Part shown: positions 30,265 through 39,788 of the stretch, piece after piece
Layout of the letters: every line of letters begins with the position of its first letter
How positions within the stretch are numbered: position 1 is the first letter of the stretch
NCBI GenBank assembly: GCA_050012755.1
Contig: JBEKGO010000017.1
Location: 1-50,094 of the forward strand
DNA length: 50,094 bases
Direction of reading: 5' to 3'
DNA from: Candidatus Bathyarchaeia archaeon
Lineage (GTDB): Archaea > Thermoproteota > Bathyarchaeia > Bathyarchaeales > Bathycorpusculaceae
Made by a program: the position numbers and the translations under genes
Notes under the pieces: model-generated
Database searches by the model: none
What the model saw: only the letters and a program-made list of their open reading frames with translations
What the model was told of the DNA's origin: nothing

Positions 30265-31515
30265 TCACCTAGCTAAAATGACCCTTCGCGTTTGTAAGCC
30301 CAAAGCTTCTTCGATAGCAGATATTTCAGCATCAACCTCAATAGGTCTTTCGCTCTGCTTAATAGCAGTATCAGGATCTTTAAGCCCATGTCCCGTCGTT
30401 ATGCAGACAACTCGTTCGTCCTTATTGATAACTCCATTCCGAACAAGTTTCCTTAATCCTGCAATAGATGAGGCGCTCGCTGGCTCCACGAAAATTCCTT
30501 CAATCCGTGCAAGCATTTTCTGAGCATCTAAGATTTCCTCGTCGGTTACGGTTTCAGCTGTTCCATGCGATTCATGGATAGCGTTCATTGCTTTCTTCCA
30601 GCTTACTGGGGCACCGATTCGGATGGCTGTAGCTATGGTTTCTGGTTTTTCAACTGGAATTATTTTGGCGCTGCCCGTTTTGATCGCATGCGCTATGGGG
30701 GCTGAACCAACAGCTTGTATACCAGTCATTTTTGGAAGTGTTTTTATGAAGCCAAGTTGATGAAATTCCGTTAATCCTTTCCAGACGGCACTTATATTTC
30801 CTGCATTGCCAACAGGTATAATGATTCTGTCGGGTGCTTTGTTGTTTAGTTGCTCGCAGATTTCGTAACCCAATGATTTCTGTCCTTCGATACGGAAGGG
30901 GTTAATTGAGTTAAGTAGGTAAATGCTCTTGTGCTTCTCTGCAAGTTTAAGCACGAATTCTAAGGCTTGGTCAAAGTTGCCCCTGACCTGCAAAACTTTG
31001 GCTCCGTGAATCATGGCTTGAGCCAGTTTTCCATATGCAATTTTGCCAGAGGGAATTAAAACTGTGCATTTTATTCCAGCTCTTGCAGCGTAAGCGGCTA
31101 AACTTGCAGAGGTGTTGCCTGTTGAGGCACAAATGACGCGTCTTGCGCCAAGTTCAACGGCTTTTGTCACGCCGACAGTCATGCCTCGGTCTTTGAAGCT
31201 GCCAGTTGGATTTTCGCCCTCGTTTTTAACGTATACTTCTTTGAGACCTACTTCTTCGGCCAAACGTGGGGAACGATGCAGTCCTGTTCCGCCTTCGTTT
31301 AGGGTGACTATGTGGGCGGCTTCGTGGATAGGCATGAAGTCCCGGTATCTCCAAACGGATAGGGGCTTTGTTTTCCAGTCACTTTCTTTAAGCGTTTGGG
31401 CTAGCTCTTTGAAATCGAATTTTATTTCAAGGATGTCTCCGCATTTCCTGCAGAAATACAGAATTTCATCTACGTCATATTGTGTTTTGCAGTTTATGCA
31501 TTCTTGATGTGGCAT
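30265..31515 (-). CDS. thrC: Threonine synthase
   Basis: NPTGSFKDRG, ASTGNTSAS, PVGNAGN, TGHGLKD. Confidence 0.95.
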   Translation of the reverse strand: MPHQECINCKTQYDVDEILYFCRKCGDILEIKFDFKELAQTLKESDWKTKPLSVWRYRDFMPIHEAAHIVTLNEGGTGLHRSPRLAEEVGLKEVYVKNEGENPTGSFKDRGMTVGVTKAVELGARRVICASTGNTSASLAAYAARAGIKCTVLIPSGKIAYGKLAQAMIHGAKVLQVRGNFDQALEFVLKLAEKHKSIYLLNSINPFRIEGQKSLGYEICEQLNNKAPDRIIIPVGNAGNISAVWKGLTEFHQLGFIKTLPKMTGIQAVGSAPIAHAIKTGSAKIIPVEKPETIATAIRIGAPVSWKKAMNAIHESHGTAETVTDEEILDAQKMLARIEGIFVEPASASSIAGLRKLVRNGVINKDERVVCITTGHGLKDPDTAIKQSERPIEVDAEISAIEEALGLQTRRVILAR

Positions 31516-31609
31516 ATTGAATCTCCGTTAAATTGTCTTTTGTGATTGGAGAGTTGTAGCTGAACTATCAGTCTAACATTATTAATTTTGTTGTTAGCCA
31601 TCGTGTTTC

Positions 31610-32188
31610 TTAACCCACCATGTTGGTTAAAGTTTCGTAGGTTTTGAGGCTGTCTTTTTTCTCAACAACAATAATTGTTTCAGTCCAACAGGAAATGAAC
31701 TCGACTATGTTCACGTTTTGCTCTGCCAACAAAGTGGCTAAGAATGCAACTACTCCAGGTGTTGCCTCCAACTCCTCAGGTGAATGAACAACAATCATGG
31801 TGCAGTTGTCATGCTTAACAAGGACGTTTATGCGTTCGGGCAACTCGCTTCTGTCAAGCAAATAAACAAATTTACCGACTAAATCAACTTTCATGCCTGT
31901 TTTTGTGCTAATCTCTTTGGCTGTTATCATTACTGATTTTCGGTCGTAAACAGCTATGCTGCTATGCTTTAGCAGATGCAGGACTTTTTCTTCTCTTTTC
32001 TGCTTGTGCTTTTGCAATTCCTCTGAATAGCGGCGCAAGGCAGCTTTTATCGCGGATGTGTCATTAGTTTTTATTTCCTTCTGTATTTGCCGCGACAGTT
32101 CGCTTAGGTTTACTATGCCTTTTTCGAGGGCTTCCAGTAGGTATGGTTTGTTTCGCAAGTGGTTTCGAACGTTTTGAGCAATAGTCAT
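31610..32188 (-). CDS. ACT-domain putative amino-acid-responsive regulator
   Basis: N-terminal HTH-like GIVNLSELSR...AIKAALRRY; C-terminal ACT (PGVVAFL...NIVEFISCWTE); start ATG 32188 or TTG 32200. Confidence 0.75.
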   Translation of the reverse strand: MTIAQNVRNHLRNKPYLLEALEKGIVNLSELSRQIQKEIKTNDTSAIKAALRRYSEELQKHKQKREEKVLHLLKHSSIAVYDRKSVMITAKEISTKTGMKVDLVGKFVYLLDRSELPERINVLVKHDNCTMIVVHSPEELEATPGVVAFLATLLAEQNVNIVEFISCWTETIIVVEKKDSLKTYETLTNMVG

Positions 32189-32312
32189 ATTGGGACTCAA
32201 TGTATCAAATGGTACATTTAAATTTTATTAAGTAACAGAAAAGTCAAAACCTTTAAAAATACAGCGTTCAAGGTAACGGGAACAATTTAACCTGAAAAAT
32301 GAGGGAGCAACA

Positions 32313-33551
32313 ATAACCGAAAAAATCGTATTAGCATATTCCGGCGGATTAGACACCTCCGTATTAATCAAGTATCTTCAAGAAGAATACGATGCACAAG
32401 TAATAACAGTAACTGTCGATGTTGGTCAAGGGGAAGACCTCAAAGCAGCTGAAGAAAAAGCGAAAAAGCTCGGCGTTCTCAAACATTTTTCGATCGATGC
32501 AAAAGATGAGTTTGCAAAAGACTATATTTTTCCAGCCATAAAAGCAAATGCGCTCTACGAGGGAAAGTATCCTATCAGCACAAGCCTCTCCAGACCATTA
32601 ATCGCTGCAAAGATGGTGGAAATCGCCGAAAAAGAGGGCGCCACTGCATTAGCGCACGGGTGCACGGGAAGAGGCAACGACCAAGTACGGTTCGATGTGA
32701 CGCTGGGTTCTTTAGCGCCTGACAGAAAAATTATTGCTCCAGTGCGCGAGTGGGGCATGACGCGTGAAGAAGAAATCGCTTACGCAAAAACCAAAGGCAT
32801 CCCTGTCTCTAACGCAGCCAAAAAGTATAGCATAGACGCAAGCCTTTGGGGAAGAGCGATCGAATGTGGATTGCTTGAGGATGCAAATCAATCGCCGCCA
32901 GAAGACGCTTATGAATGGACGGTTTCTGGCGAAAAAGCACCTAACAATCCTGAAATTGTAACCATTCAATTCGAAGCCGGAGTCCCGGTAGCTGTTAATG
33001 GCAAATCTATGTTGCCGCTTGAACTTATTGAGGAAATGAATAAAATTGCTGGCCGAAACGGTGTGGGCAGAATAGACCATATTGAAGACCGCCTTGTCGG
33101 TATCAAATCCCGTGAAGTTTACGAGTGCCCCGCTGCGACGGTGATTTTGGAGGCCCATAAGGACCTTGAAAAAATGGTTATGACCCGTCATCAGGTCCTT
33201 TTCAAGCAACAGGTTGACGCCGAATGGGTTTTCCTTGCATACGCTGGATTGTGGGTTGACCCACTCAAAGATGATCTGGACGCATTCATCAACAAGTCCC
33301 AAGAAAATGTCACTGGAGAAGTCAAACTCAAACTCTACAAAGGCAGCCTGCAAGTTATCGGACGCTCTTCGCCAATGTCCCTCTACGACAAAAATCTAGC
33401 CAACTACAACATCAAAACCTCATTTAACCAGTCCTACTCTAAAGGCTTCATTGAGCTGTGGGGACTACAAACAAGAATGTACAATGCACTTAAGAAAACA
33501 AGTAAAAAGACGGCTGAAAGAAACAGGTCTGACCGGACTGTAAGCAAATAG
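32313..33551 (+). CDS. argG: Argininosuccinate synthase (probable ATA start)
   Basis: Frame extends 100 codons upstream of track start to KIVLAYSGGLDTS; AHGCTGRGNDQVRF, GIKSREVYE. Confidence 0.93.
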   Translation: MTEKIVLAYSGGLDTSVLIKYLQEEYDAQVITVTVDVGQGEDLKAAEEKAKKLGVLKHFSIDAKDEFAKDYIFPAIKANALYEGKYPISTSLSRPLIAAKMVEIAEKEGATALAHGCTGRGNDQVRFDVTLGSLAPDRKIIAPVREWGMTREEEIAYAKTKGIPVSNAAKKYSIDASLWGRAIECGLLEDANQSPPEDAYEWTVSGEKAPNNPEIVTIQFEAGVPVAVNGKSMLPLELIEEMNKIAGRNGVGRIDHIEDRLVGIKSREVYECPAATVILEAHKDLEKMVMTRHQVLFKQQVDAEWVFLAYAGLWVDPLKDDLDAFINKSQENVTGEVKLKLYKGSLQVIGRSSPMSLYDKNLANYNIKTSFNQSYSKGFIELWGLQTRMYNALKKTSKKTAERNRSDRTVSK

Positions 33552-33563
33552 GTAGGCAAGAAG

Positions 33564-35084
33564 ATGTCAAAAATACTGCATGGCGGAAGATTATCGTCTA
33601 TGCGTGAGGATGTAGCAAAGTTTACGTCTTCGCGAAAAGATGATGAACGCTTAGCTACTGCTGTTATTGACATCAACAAAGCCCACATTATAATGCTCAT
33701 AGAACAAAAAATAATTTCACGGCAAGACGGCGCAAAAATTCTAGAAGCCCTATCTAAACAACTGTGCTCAAAATTAGACCCTTCTGCCGAAGACGTCCAC
33801 ATGGCAGTAGAAGAAAAAGTCCTTGCGGAAACTGGATCGGAAGTTGGCGGGAATCTGCATATCGCAAAAAGCCGAAACGATCAAGTTGCAACAGCCATCC
33901 GAATACAACTAAGAAAAGAACTCATCGAAACAATGCTTCGTGTTCTTGAGATGCAGAAAAACCTCATATTCACAGCCAGCAAACACGTAGACACGGTCAT
34001 TTTGGAGTACACTCATCTTCAAGCGGCGCAACCCGTTACATTTGCCCACTATTTGCTTTCACATGTTCAAGGGCTCGAGCGTGACTTAGAGCGTCTGCAG
34101 GGCGCTTATAAACGGGTCAACTTGTGTCCTCTTGGCGCAGGAGCATTGGCAACTACAAGTTTTCCTATAAATCGCAAACGAACCGCCGAGCTTTTAGGCT
34201 TCGATAGTGTGTTGGAGAATTCTCTTGATGCGGTAGGCAGCAGAGACTTTATACTTGAAACTCAAGCTGCATTGGCTTTGCTTGCAATTAATTTGAGCCG
34301 TTTGGCTGAGGACTTGATAATTTGGAGTTCGCAAGAATTCGGCACAGTTGAGTTGCCCGACGAATTCACATCAACCAGCAGCATAATGCCACAGAAAAAG
34401 AATCCTGAAATGCTTGAGATAATTCGCGCACACGCCAGTTACGCACTAGGCGATTTCGTAGCTTCAACCGCAGCAGTCAAAAGTTTACCCTCTGCATATA
34501 ACCTTGATTTCCAAGAGGTAACCCCGAAGCTTTGGGCTACAATAGACAACTTATCCCAGTCGCTCACCATATTTGCAGTCCTAATACCTAACTTAAAAGT
34601 GTCATCAGATATTGAAAGCAAAGCCGCCGCAGGCTTCGTTGGCGCAACTGAACTCGCTAACATGCTTGTACGGAAGTACAATGTTGCTTTCCGCACCTCG
34701 CACAAGATAGTCGGCGCTCTTGTCAAGGCATTGATTGATTCTCATGAGACTCTGCTGGATGCGAATCCTGAAATGCTTAAAAAAATAGCTAAGGAAGACG
34801 CTGGAGTAGAATTAACAGTAAAAAAAGAGGATATATCTGAATGCTCGAATCCGCGTAAACTAGTCGAAACCTATAAAGTGCAAGGCGGTCCTTCAGCCGT
34901 TGAGGTTGAAAAATCAATCGCAACAGCAAAGGAAAGCATGGCAGATGCAAAAAACAACATCGCTAAACTTAAAAAGAACCTTGCTGATGCTGAAAAGAAA
35001 CTTAACGCAACCTTGGACTCTTACGCTGTTTCAGTCAGCGCAGAAAACGTAAGACTTAAAAATTCAAACGCGCAGGTAGAATAG
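33564..35084 (+). CDS. argH: Argininosuccinate lyase
   Basis: EDVH, SRNDQVAT, YTHLQ, SSIMPQKKNP. Confidence 0.96.
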   Translation: MSKILHGGRLSSMREDVAKFTSSRKDDERLATAVIDINKAHIIMLIEQKIISRQDGAKILEALSKQLCSKLDPSAEDVHMAVEEKVLAETGSEVGGNLHIAKSRNDQVATAIRIQLRKELIETMLRVLEMQKNLIFTASKHVDTVILEYTHLQAAQPVTFAHYLLSHVQGLERDLERLQGAYKRVNLCPLGAGALATTSFPINRKRTAELLGFDSVLENSLDAVGSRDFILETQAALALLAINLSRLAEDLIIWSSQEFGTVELPDEFTSTSSIMPQKKNPEMLEIIRAHASYALGDFVASTAAVKSLPSAYNLDFQEVTPKLWATIDNLSQSLTIFAVLIPNLKVSSDIESKAAAGFVGATELANMLVRKYNVAFRTSHKIVGALVKALIDSHETLLDANPEMLKKIAKEDAGVELTVKKEDISECSNPRKLVETYKVQGGPSAVEVEKSIATAKESMADAKNNIAKLKKNLADAEKKLNATLDSYAVSVSAENVRLKNSNAQVE

Positions 35085-35088
35085 GGCT

Positions 35089-36234
35089 TTGGTCCCACAA
35101 CATAATACGTTCAACAAAAATAAAAAAGCGATTCTGCTTCTCGAAGACGGAACGTCATTCATCGGTAATGGTTTTGGAGCAACGGGAAAAATCAGCGGCG
35201 AAGTAGTTTTTTCAACACAGATGGTTGGTTACCCCGAAGCGTTAACTGACCCATCGTATAAAGGCCAAATTTTAACGTTAACTTACCCGCTTATAGGCAA
35301 TTATGGCGTTCCATCAAATGAATTAAACCTTGGTCTTCCTTTATATTTTGAATCCGACCACATTCAGGTTCAAGGGTTAGTAATTCACGAATTATGCCAC
35401 GATCCCTTCCATTGGGCATCAACAAGAACACTTGATAAGTGGCTTCTAGACGAAGGAGTACCTGGAATCTACGGAATTGACACCAGACGCTTAACAAAGA
35501 AACTTCGAACCCACGGTGTGATGCTGGGCATTTTGCAGGTTTTTGAAAAGGGTGAAGAACCTGATTTGGATGCTATTTTAAAGAATGGCAAAAACATTGT
35601 TGACCCGAACTTAACTGATTTAGTTAAGGAAGTTTCAGTTAAAAAACCCATCAAATACAGCGTAGACGGCAAAAAAACCGTTGTCCTCATCGACTGCGGA
35701 GTAAAATACAGCATCATCCGAAACCTGCTTAAGCGGGGAATAAACGTTGTGCGAGTGCCTTATGACACTTCAGCCAGCGAAGTAGTGGCATACAACCCCG
35801 ATGGAGTATTCTTAAGCAACGGTCCAGGCGACCCCAAAAAATGCACGGAAACAATCCAGTGCATAAAAGAACTAACAGAGAAAGTGCCGCTCATGGGCAT
35901 TTGCCTTGGCGCTCAAATATTAGCCTTATCGATGGGCGGAGATACTTACAAACTCAAATTTGGACACCGCGCCCAAAACCAACCAGCCCTCGATATAAAT
36001 ACTAATCGCTGTTACATTACAACTCAAAATCACGGTTACGCTGTTGATTTGGAGTCCTTAAAGAAAACGCCGCTGGAACTATGGTTTGTAAACCCCAATG
36101 ACAAAACAACCGAAGGAATCAAACACAGAAACAAGCCAGTTTTTGCTGTGCAGTGGCATCCTGAAGCTTCACCAGGACCTTATGACACCGAGTTGCTTTT
36201 TGACAAATTCGCTAAGGCCTTGGAGGTTAAGTAA
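35089..36234 (+). CDS. carA: Carbamoyl-phosphate synthase small subunit
   Basis: TDPSY, LSNGPGDP, GICLG, HPEASPGP. Confidence 0.96.
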   Translation: MVPQHNTFNKNKKAILLLEDGTSFIGNGFGATGKISGEVVFSTQMVGYPEALTDPSYKGQILTLTYPLIGNYGVPSNELNLGLPLYFESDHIQVQGLVIHELCHDPFHWASTRTLDKWLLDEGVPGIYGIDTRRLTKKLRTHGVMLGILQVFEKGEEPDLDAILKNGKNIVDPNLTDLVKEVSVKKPIKYSVDGKKTVVLIDCGVKYSIIRNLLKRGINVVRVPYDTSASEVVAYNPDGVFLSNGPGDPKKCTETIQCIKELTEKVPLMGICLGAQILALSMGGDTYKLKFGHRAQNQPALDINTNRCYITTQNHGYAVDLESLKKTPLELWFVNPNDKTTEGIKHRNKPVFAVQWHPEASPGPYDTELLFDKFAKALEVK

Positions 36235-39200
36235 TGCCCAAGTTTGACTGGATAAAGAAAGTGATGGTTCTTGGAAGCGGTGCTATAAAAATCGGTGAAG
36301 CAGCCGAATTTGATTATTCAGGAAGTCAATGTCTCAAAGCTCTAAAAGAAGAGGGCATTGAAACAATCCTGATTAACCCTAACATAGCCACTATTCAAAC
36401 AGACCCACGTTTATCTGGCAAAGTCTATCTTCTTCCAGTCACTCCTGAATATGTCGAAAGAGTCATCGAAAAAGAACGCCCAGACGGCATACTCTTGGGT
36501 TTCGGCGGACAAACGGCCTTAAACTGCGGTTTAGAACTTGAAAAAAAAGGCATCCTGCAAAAATATAATTGTAAAGTCTTAGGCACCCCTGTCAAAGCTA
36601 TAGAAGACACTGGTGACAGAGAACGGTTCCGGCAAGCGATGCTCAAAGCAGGCGTTCCCCCTTTACAAAGCAAATCAGCTACAAGCGTGAATCACGCGTT
36701 GGAAGTGGCTGAGGAAATCGGTTATCCCGTCATAGTGCGTGTTGCATACACTCTCGGTGGGAAAGGAGCAGGTGTAGCTCACAACGTTGCAGAACTAAAG
36801 GAGATAGCAACTCGTGGGATAGCTCAAAGCCGTATAGGTCAAGTGCTTATCGAAGAGTACGTTGGGCACTGGAAAGAAGTCGAATATGAAGTGATGCGTG
36901 ACTACTCTGATAACTGCTTGACAGTTTGCAACATGGAGAACTTTGACCCTATGGGCGTTCACACAGGTGACTCCATAGTTGTCGCACCATCACAGACCCT
37001 ATCTAATCGTGAATACCATCTGATTCGTTCCACCTCGATAAACGCGATCCGAAGCTTAGGCATTGTTGGCGAATGCAATATTCAATGGGCACTAAACCCT
37101 AAATCAGAAGAATACCGCGTTATCGAAGTTAACTCACGCATGTCTCGAAGTTCTGCCCTAGCAAGCAAAGTAACAGGTTATCCCCTAGCCTACATAGCGA
37201 CAAAACTGACGCTTGGGTACACGCTTCCAGAATTGATTAACAAAGTAACTGAAGTTACAACCGCCTGTTTCGAACCAGCCTTAGACTACATAACCGTCAA
37301 GATTCCACGTTGGGACCTGCAGAAATTCAAGAATGCAGACCGCCATATTGGTCCCCAGATGCGTTCTGTGGGCGAGGTTATGGCGATTGGACGCTGCTTC
37401 GAAGAGGCACTGCAAAAAGCCGTTCGCATGTTGGATACCGGCAAAATAGGATTAGTCGGTAACCCAGAAGATTCTGAACCTGAATCTGAAGAAAGACTAA
37501 GAGATGCAATGGCTAACCCCACCGACGAGCGACTCTACAAAATTGTTAAAGCATTAAAAAAAGGCATACCTATCTCTGAAATATACCGTCTAAGCGGAGT
37601 AGATCCATTTTTCCTGCATAAAATCCAGAATATTATTGATATGGAAGCAGAACTTCACGCTCTAAATCTTGCAGAAGGCTCCGCAACAGAAATCATTCGT
37701 GAAGCTAAACGTTTAGGCTTCTCAGATGAACAAATCGCTCTGTGCCAAGGCACAGATGAGTCAACAATTCGGGCATTCAGAAAAGGTGCCAACATCATAC
37801 CAGCTGTAAAGCAGATTGACACTTTAGCCGCTGAGTGGCCAGCAAAGACAAACTATCTCTACCTGACTTACGGCGGAGACGAAGATGACATTGAATTAAA
37901 CACTACAGAAAGCAAAGTTATTGTTCTTGGAGCCGGCGTCTTTCGCATCGGTTCAAGCGTAGAGTTTGACTGGTGCGGTGTCAACACTATATGGGCACTT
38001 AAGAAAAACGGCATAAAAGAAGCCATCATGGTCAACTATAACCCAGAAACCGTTTCAACAGATTATGACGTTTCGGACAAACTTTACTTTGAAGAACTAA
38101 CAACTGAACGCATTCTAGATATTTACGAAAAAGAAAACCCGCTTGGCGTAATCACCAGCGTCGGCGGACAAATCCCGAATAATTTAGCCATGAAACTCGC
38201 GAACTCAGGCGTAAAACTTCTAGGAACATCTGCTAAAAACGTTGATTTAGCTGAAGACCGCTCAAAATTCAGTGCCCTTCTAGATCAATTGGGGATTTCT
38301 CAGCCGGCTTGGAGCAAACTATTATCAATTGCTGATGCGAAACGGTTTGCTGATAAAATCGGGTACCCAGTTATTGTTCGTCCAAGCTATGTGCTTTCAG
38401 GTTCAGCTATGCGTGTAGCTTACAATGAAACGTCTCTGGAGAATTTCCTCAACTTAGCAGCTAAAGTTTCACGTGATCACCCTGTAGTTATCAGCAAATT
38501 CATAAATCGTGCAAAAGAAGTTGAGGTCGACGGGGTTTCAGACGGCGAAACCGTTTTTATCGGTGCCATAATGGAGCATGTAGAAAACGCTGGGGTCCAC
38601 AGCGGCGACGCAACCATGACTATTCCGCCTCAAGCATTGAAACTTGAGGTTCAAAAGAAAATCGAGGATTGCACACAACGTATCGTTAAAGCCCTCACCA
38701 TTCATGGACCATTCAACATCCAGTACCTTGTCAAAGACGACGTTGTAAACGTTATAGAATGCAATCTGCGGGCATCTCGTTCAATGCCGTTTGTCAGCAA
38801 AACACGAGGAATAAACCTAATTGAACTCGCGACTTTAGCGATGTTGGGCAAAAAAATCGATGGCGTTCAACTTTCACCTATGACTGTTGCACCGCACGTT
38901 GGAGTTAAAGTTCCACAGTTTAGCTTCATGCGACTAAGTGGTGCAGACCCAGTTCTCGGAGTAGAAATGCTCAGCACGGGCGAAGTGGCATGCCTGGGAG
39001 AAAACTTCTCTGATGCATTCTCAAAGGCTTTGCAGTCTGCAGAATTTAATATTCCGCCAAAAGACGGGGCAGTGTTCATAAGTGTAGGCGGCAATGAAGA
39101 ACGCAAAAGACGGGTTGTGCCTATCGCTCAGGCTTTTGTTGAGATGGGTGTCAAAATTTACGCAACAGCGCACACAGCGAAGGTTCTCAATGACGCAGGC

Positions 39201-39509
39201 ATAAATTCCACCATGCTCTTCAAAGCTAGAGAGGCTCAAGCTAACCCAAACATTTTGGATTACTTGCAAGAGCGTAAGATAGATTTAGTTATTAACGTGC
39301 CTATTGCTAATCGGCAGAATAGTTTCTCAGACATCTTGACTGACGGCTACATAATTCGACGTCAAGCAGTCGAATTCAACGTGCCAGTCATTACGAATCT
39401 ACAGTTGGCCGCTGCTTTGGTGGATGTGTTGAAGCAGAAGGGCAAAAACGGAACCTCAATCCGATCCCTTAACGAGTACATGGATGAGCTACCCTGGAAA
39501 CTCTGGTAA
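36234..39509 (+). CDS. carB: Carbamoyl-phosphate synthase large subunit
   Basis: EFDYSG, two ATP-grasp halves (GVHTGDS, GVHSGDA), C-terminal MGS domain. Confidence 0.97.
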   Translation: MPKFDWIKKVMVLGSGAIKIGEAAEFDYSGSQCLKALKEEGIETILINPNIATIQTDPRLSGKVYLLPVTPEYVERVIEKERPDGILLGFGGQTALNCGLELEKKGILQKYNCKVLGTPVKAIEDTGDRERFRQAMLKAGVPPLQSKSATSVNHALEVAEEIGYPVIVRVAYTLGGKGAGVAHNVAELKEIATRGIAQSRIGQVLIEEYVGHWKEVEYEVMRDYSDNCLTVCNMENFDPMGVHTGDSIVVAPSQTLSNREYHLIRSTSINAIRSLGIVGECNIQWALNPKSEEYRVIEVNSRMSRSSALASKVTGYPLAYIATKLTLGYTLPELINKVTEVTTACFEPALDYITVKIPRWDLQKFKNADRHIGPQMRSVGEVMAIGRCFEEALQKAVRMLDTGKIGLVGNPEDSEPESEERLRDAMANPTDERLYKIVKALKKGIPISEIYRLSGVDPFFLHKIQNIIDMEAELHALNLAEGSATEIIREAKRLGFSDEQIALCQGTDESTIRAFRKGANIIPAVKQIDTLAAEWPAKTNYLYLTYGGDEDDIELNTTESKVIVLGAGVFRIGSSVEFDWCGVNTIWALKKNGIKEAIMVNYNPETVSTDYDVSDKLYFEELTTERILDIYEKENPLGVITSVGGQIPNNLAMKLANSGVKLLGTSAKNVDLAEDRSKFSALLDQLGISQPAWSKLLSIADAKRFADKIGYPVIVRPSYVLSGSAMRVAYNETSLENFLNLAAKVSRDHPVVISKFINRAKEVEVDGVSDGETVFIGAIMEHVENAGVHSGDATMTIPPQALKLEVQKKIEDCTQRIVKALTIHGPFNIQYLVKDDVVNVIECNLRASRSMPFVSKTRGINLIELATLAMLGKKIDGVQLSPMTVAPHVGVKVPQFSFMRLSGADPVLGVEMLSTGEVACLGENFSDAFSKALQSAEFNIPPKDGAVFISVGGNEERKRRVVPIAQAFVEMGVKIYATAHTAKVLNDAGINSTMLFKAREAQANPNILDYLQERKIDLVINVPIANRQNSFSDILTDGYIIRRQAVEFNVPVITNLQLAAALVDVLKQKGKNGTSIRSLNEYMDELPWKLW

Positions 39510-39560
39510 CACCGTAAATGTTCCAACTGCATACCCTGCGAAATCGTTGACGATGACTTT

Positions 39561-39702
39561 TCTAGTCAAAAAGGGTCAAATGTAGTCAATTCTGGTCAAA
39601 TCTAGTCAAAAAGAGTCAAAACTAGTCAAATCTAGTCGCAACCTGCAAACGCTGCAAACCCTGAAGCAACGAAGCAAACTGAAACACAAACAACAAAATT
39701 TA
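39561..39702 (+). repeat. Decamer-array + core element, copy 2 (motif GTCAAA)
   Basis: 8 decamers NNNRGTCAAA 39561-39637; core 39638-39702. Confidence 0.92.
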
Positions 39703-39788
39703 CCTCCCCTGCCTAGGCGCGGCAGACTTATAGCAATTCTTTTTTGATATTGACAAATTATTAAAGTAACATCAATTGTAACCTGCAG

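Noticed and set aside
1500-39269. Numerous antisense or overlapping track ORFs inside well-supported genes
   Set aside because: Shadow ORFs with no motifs or SD, fully overlapping confident genes.
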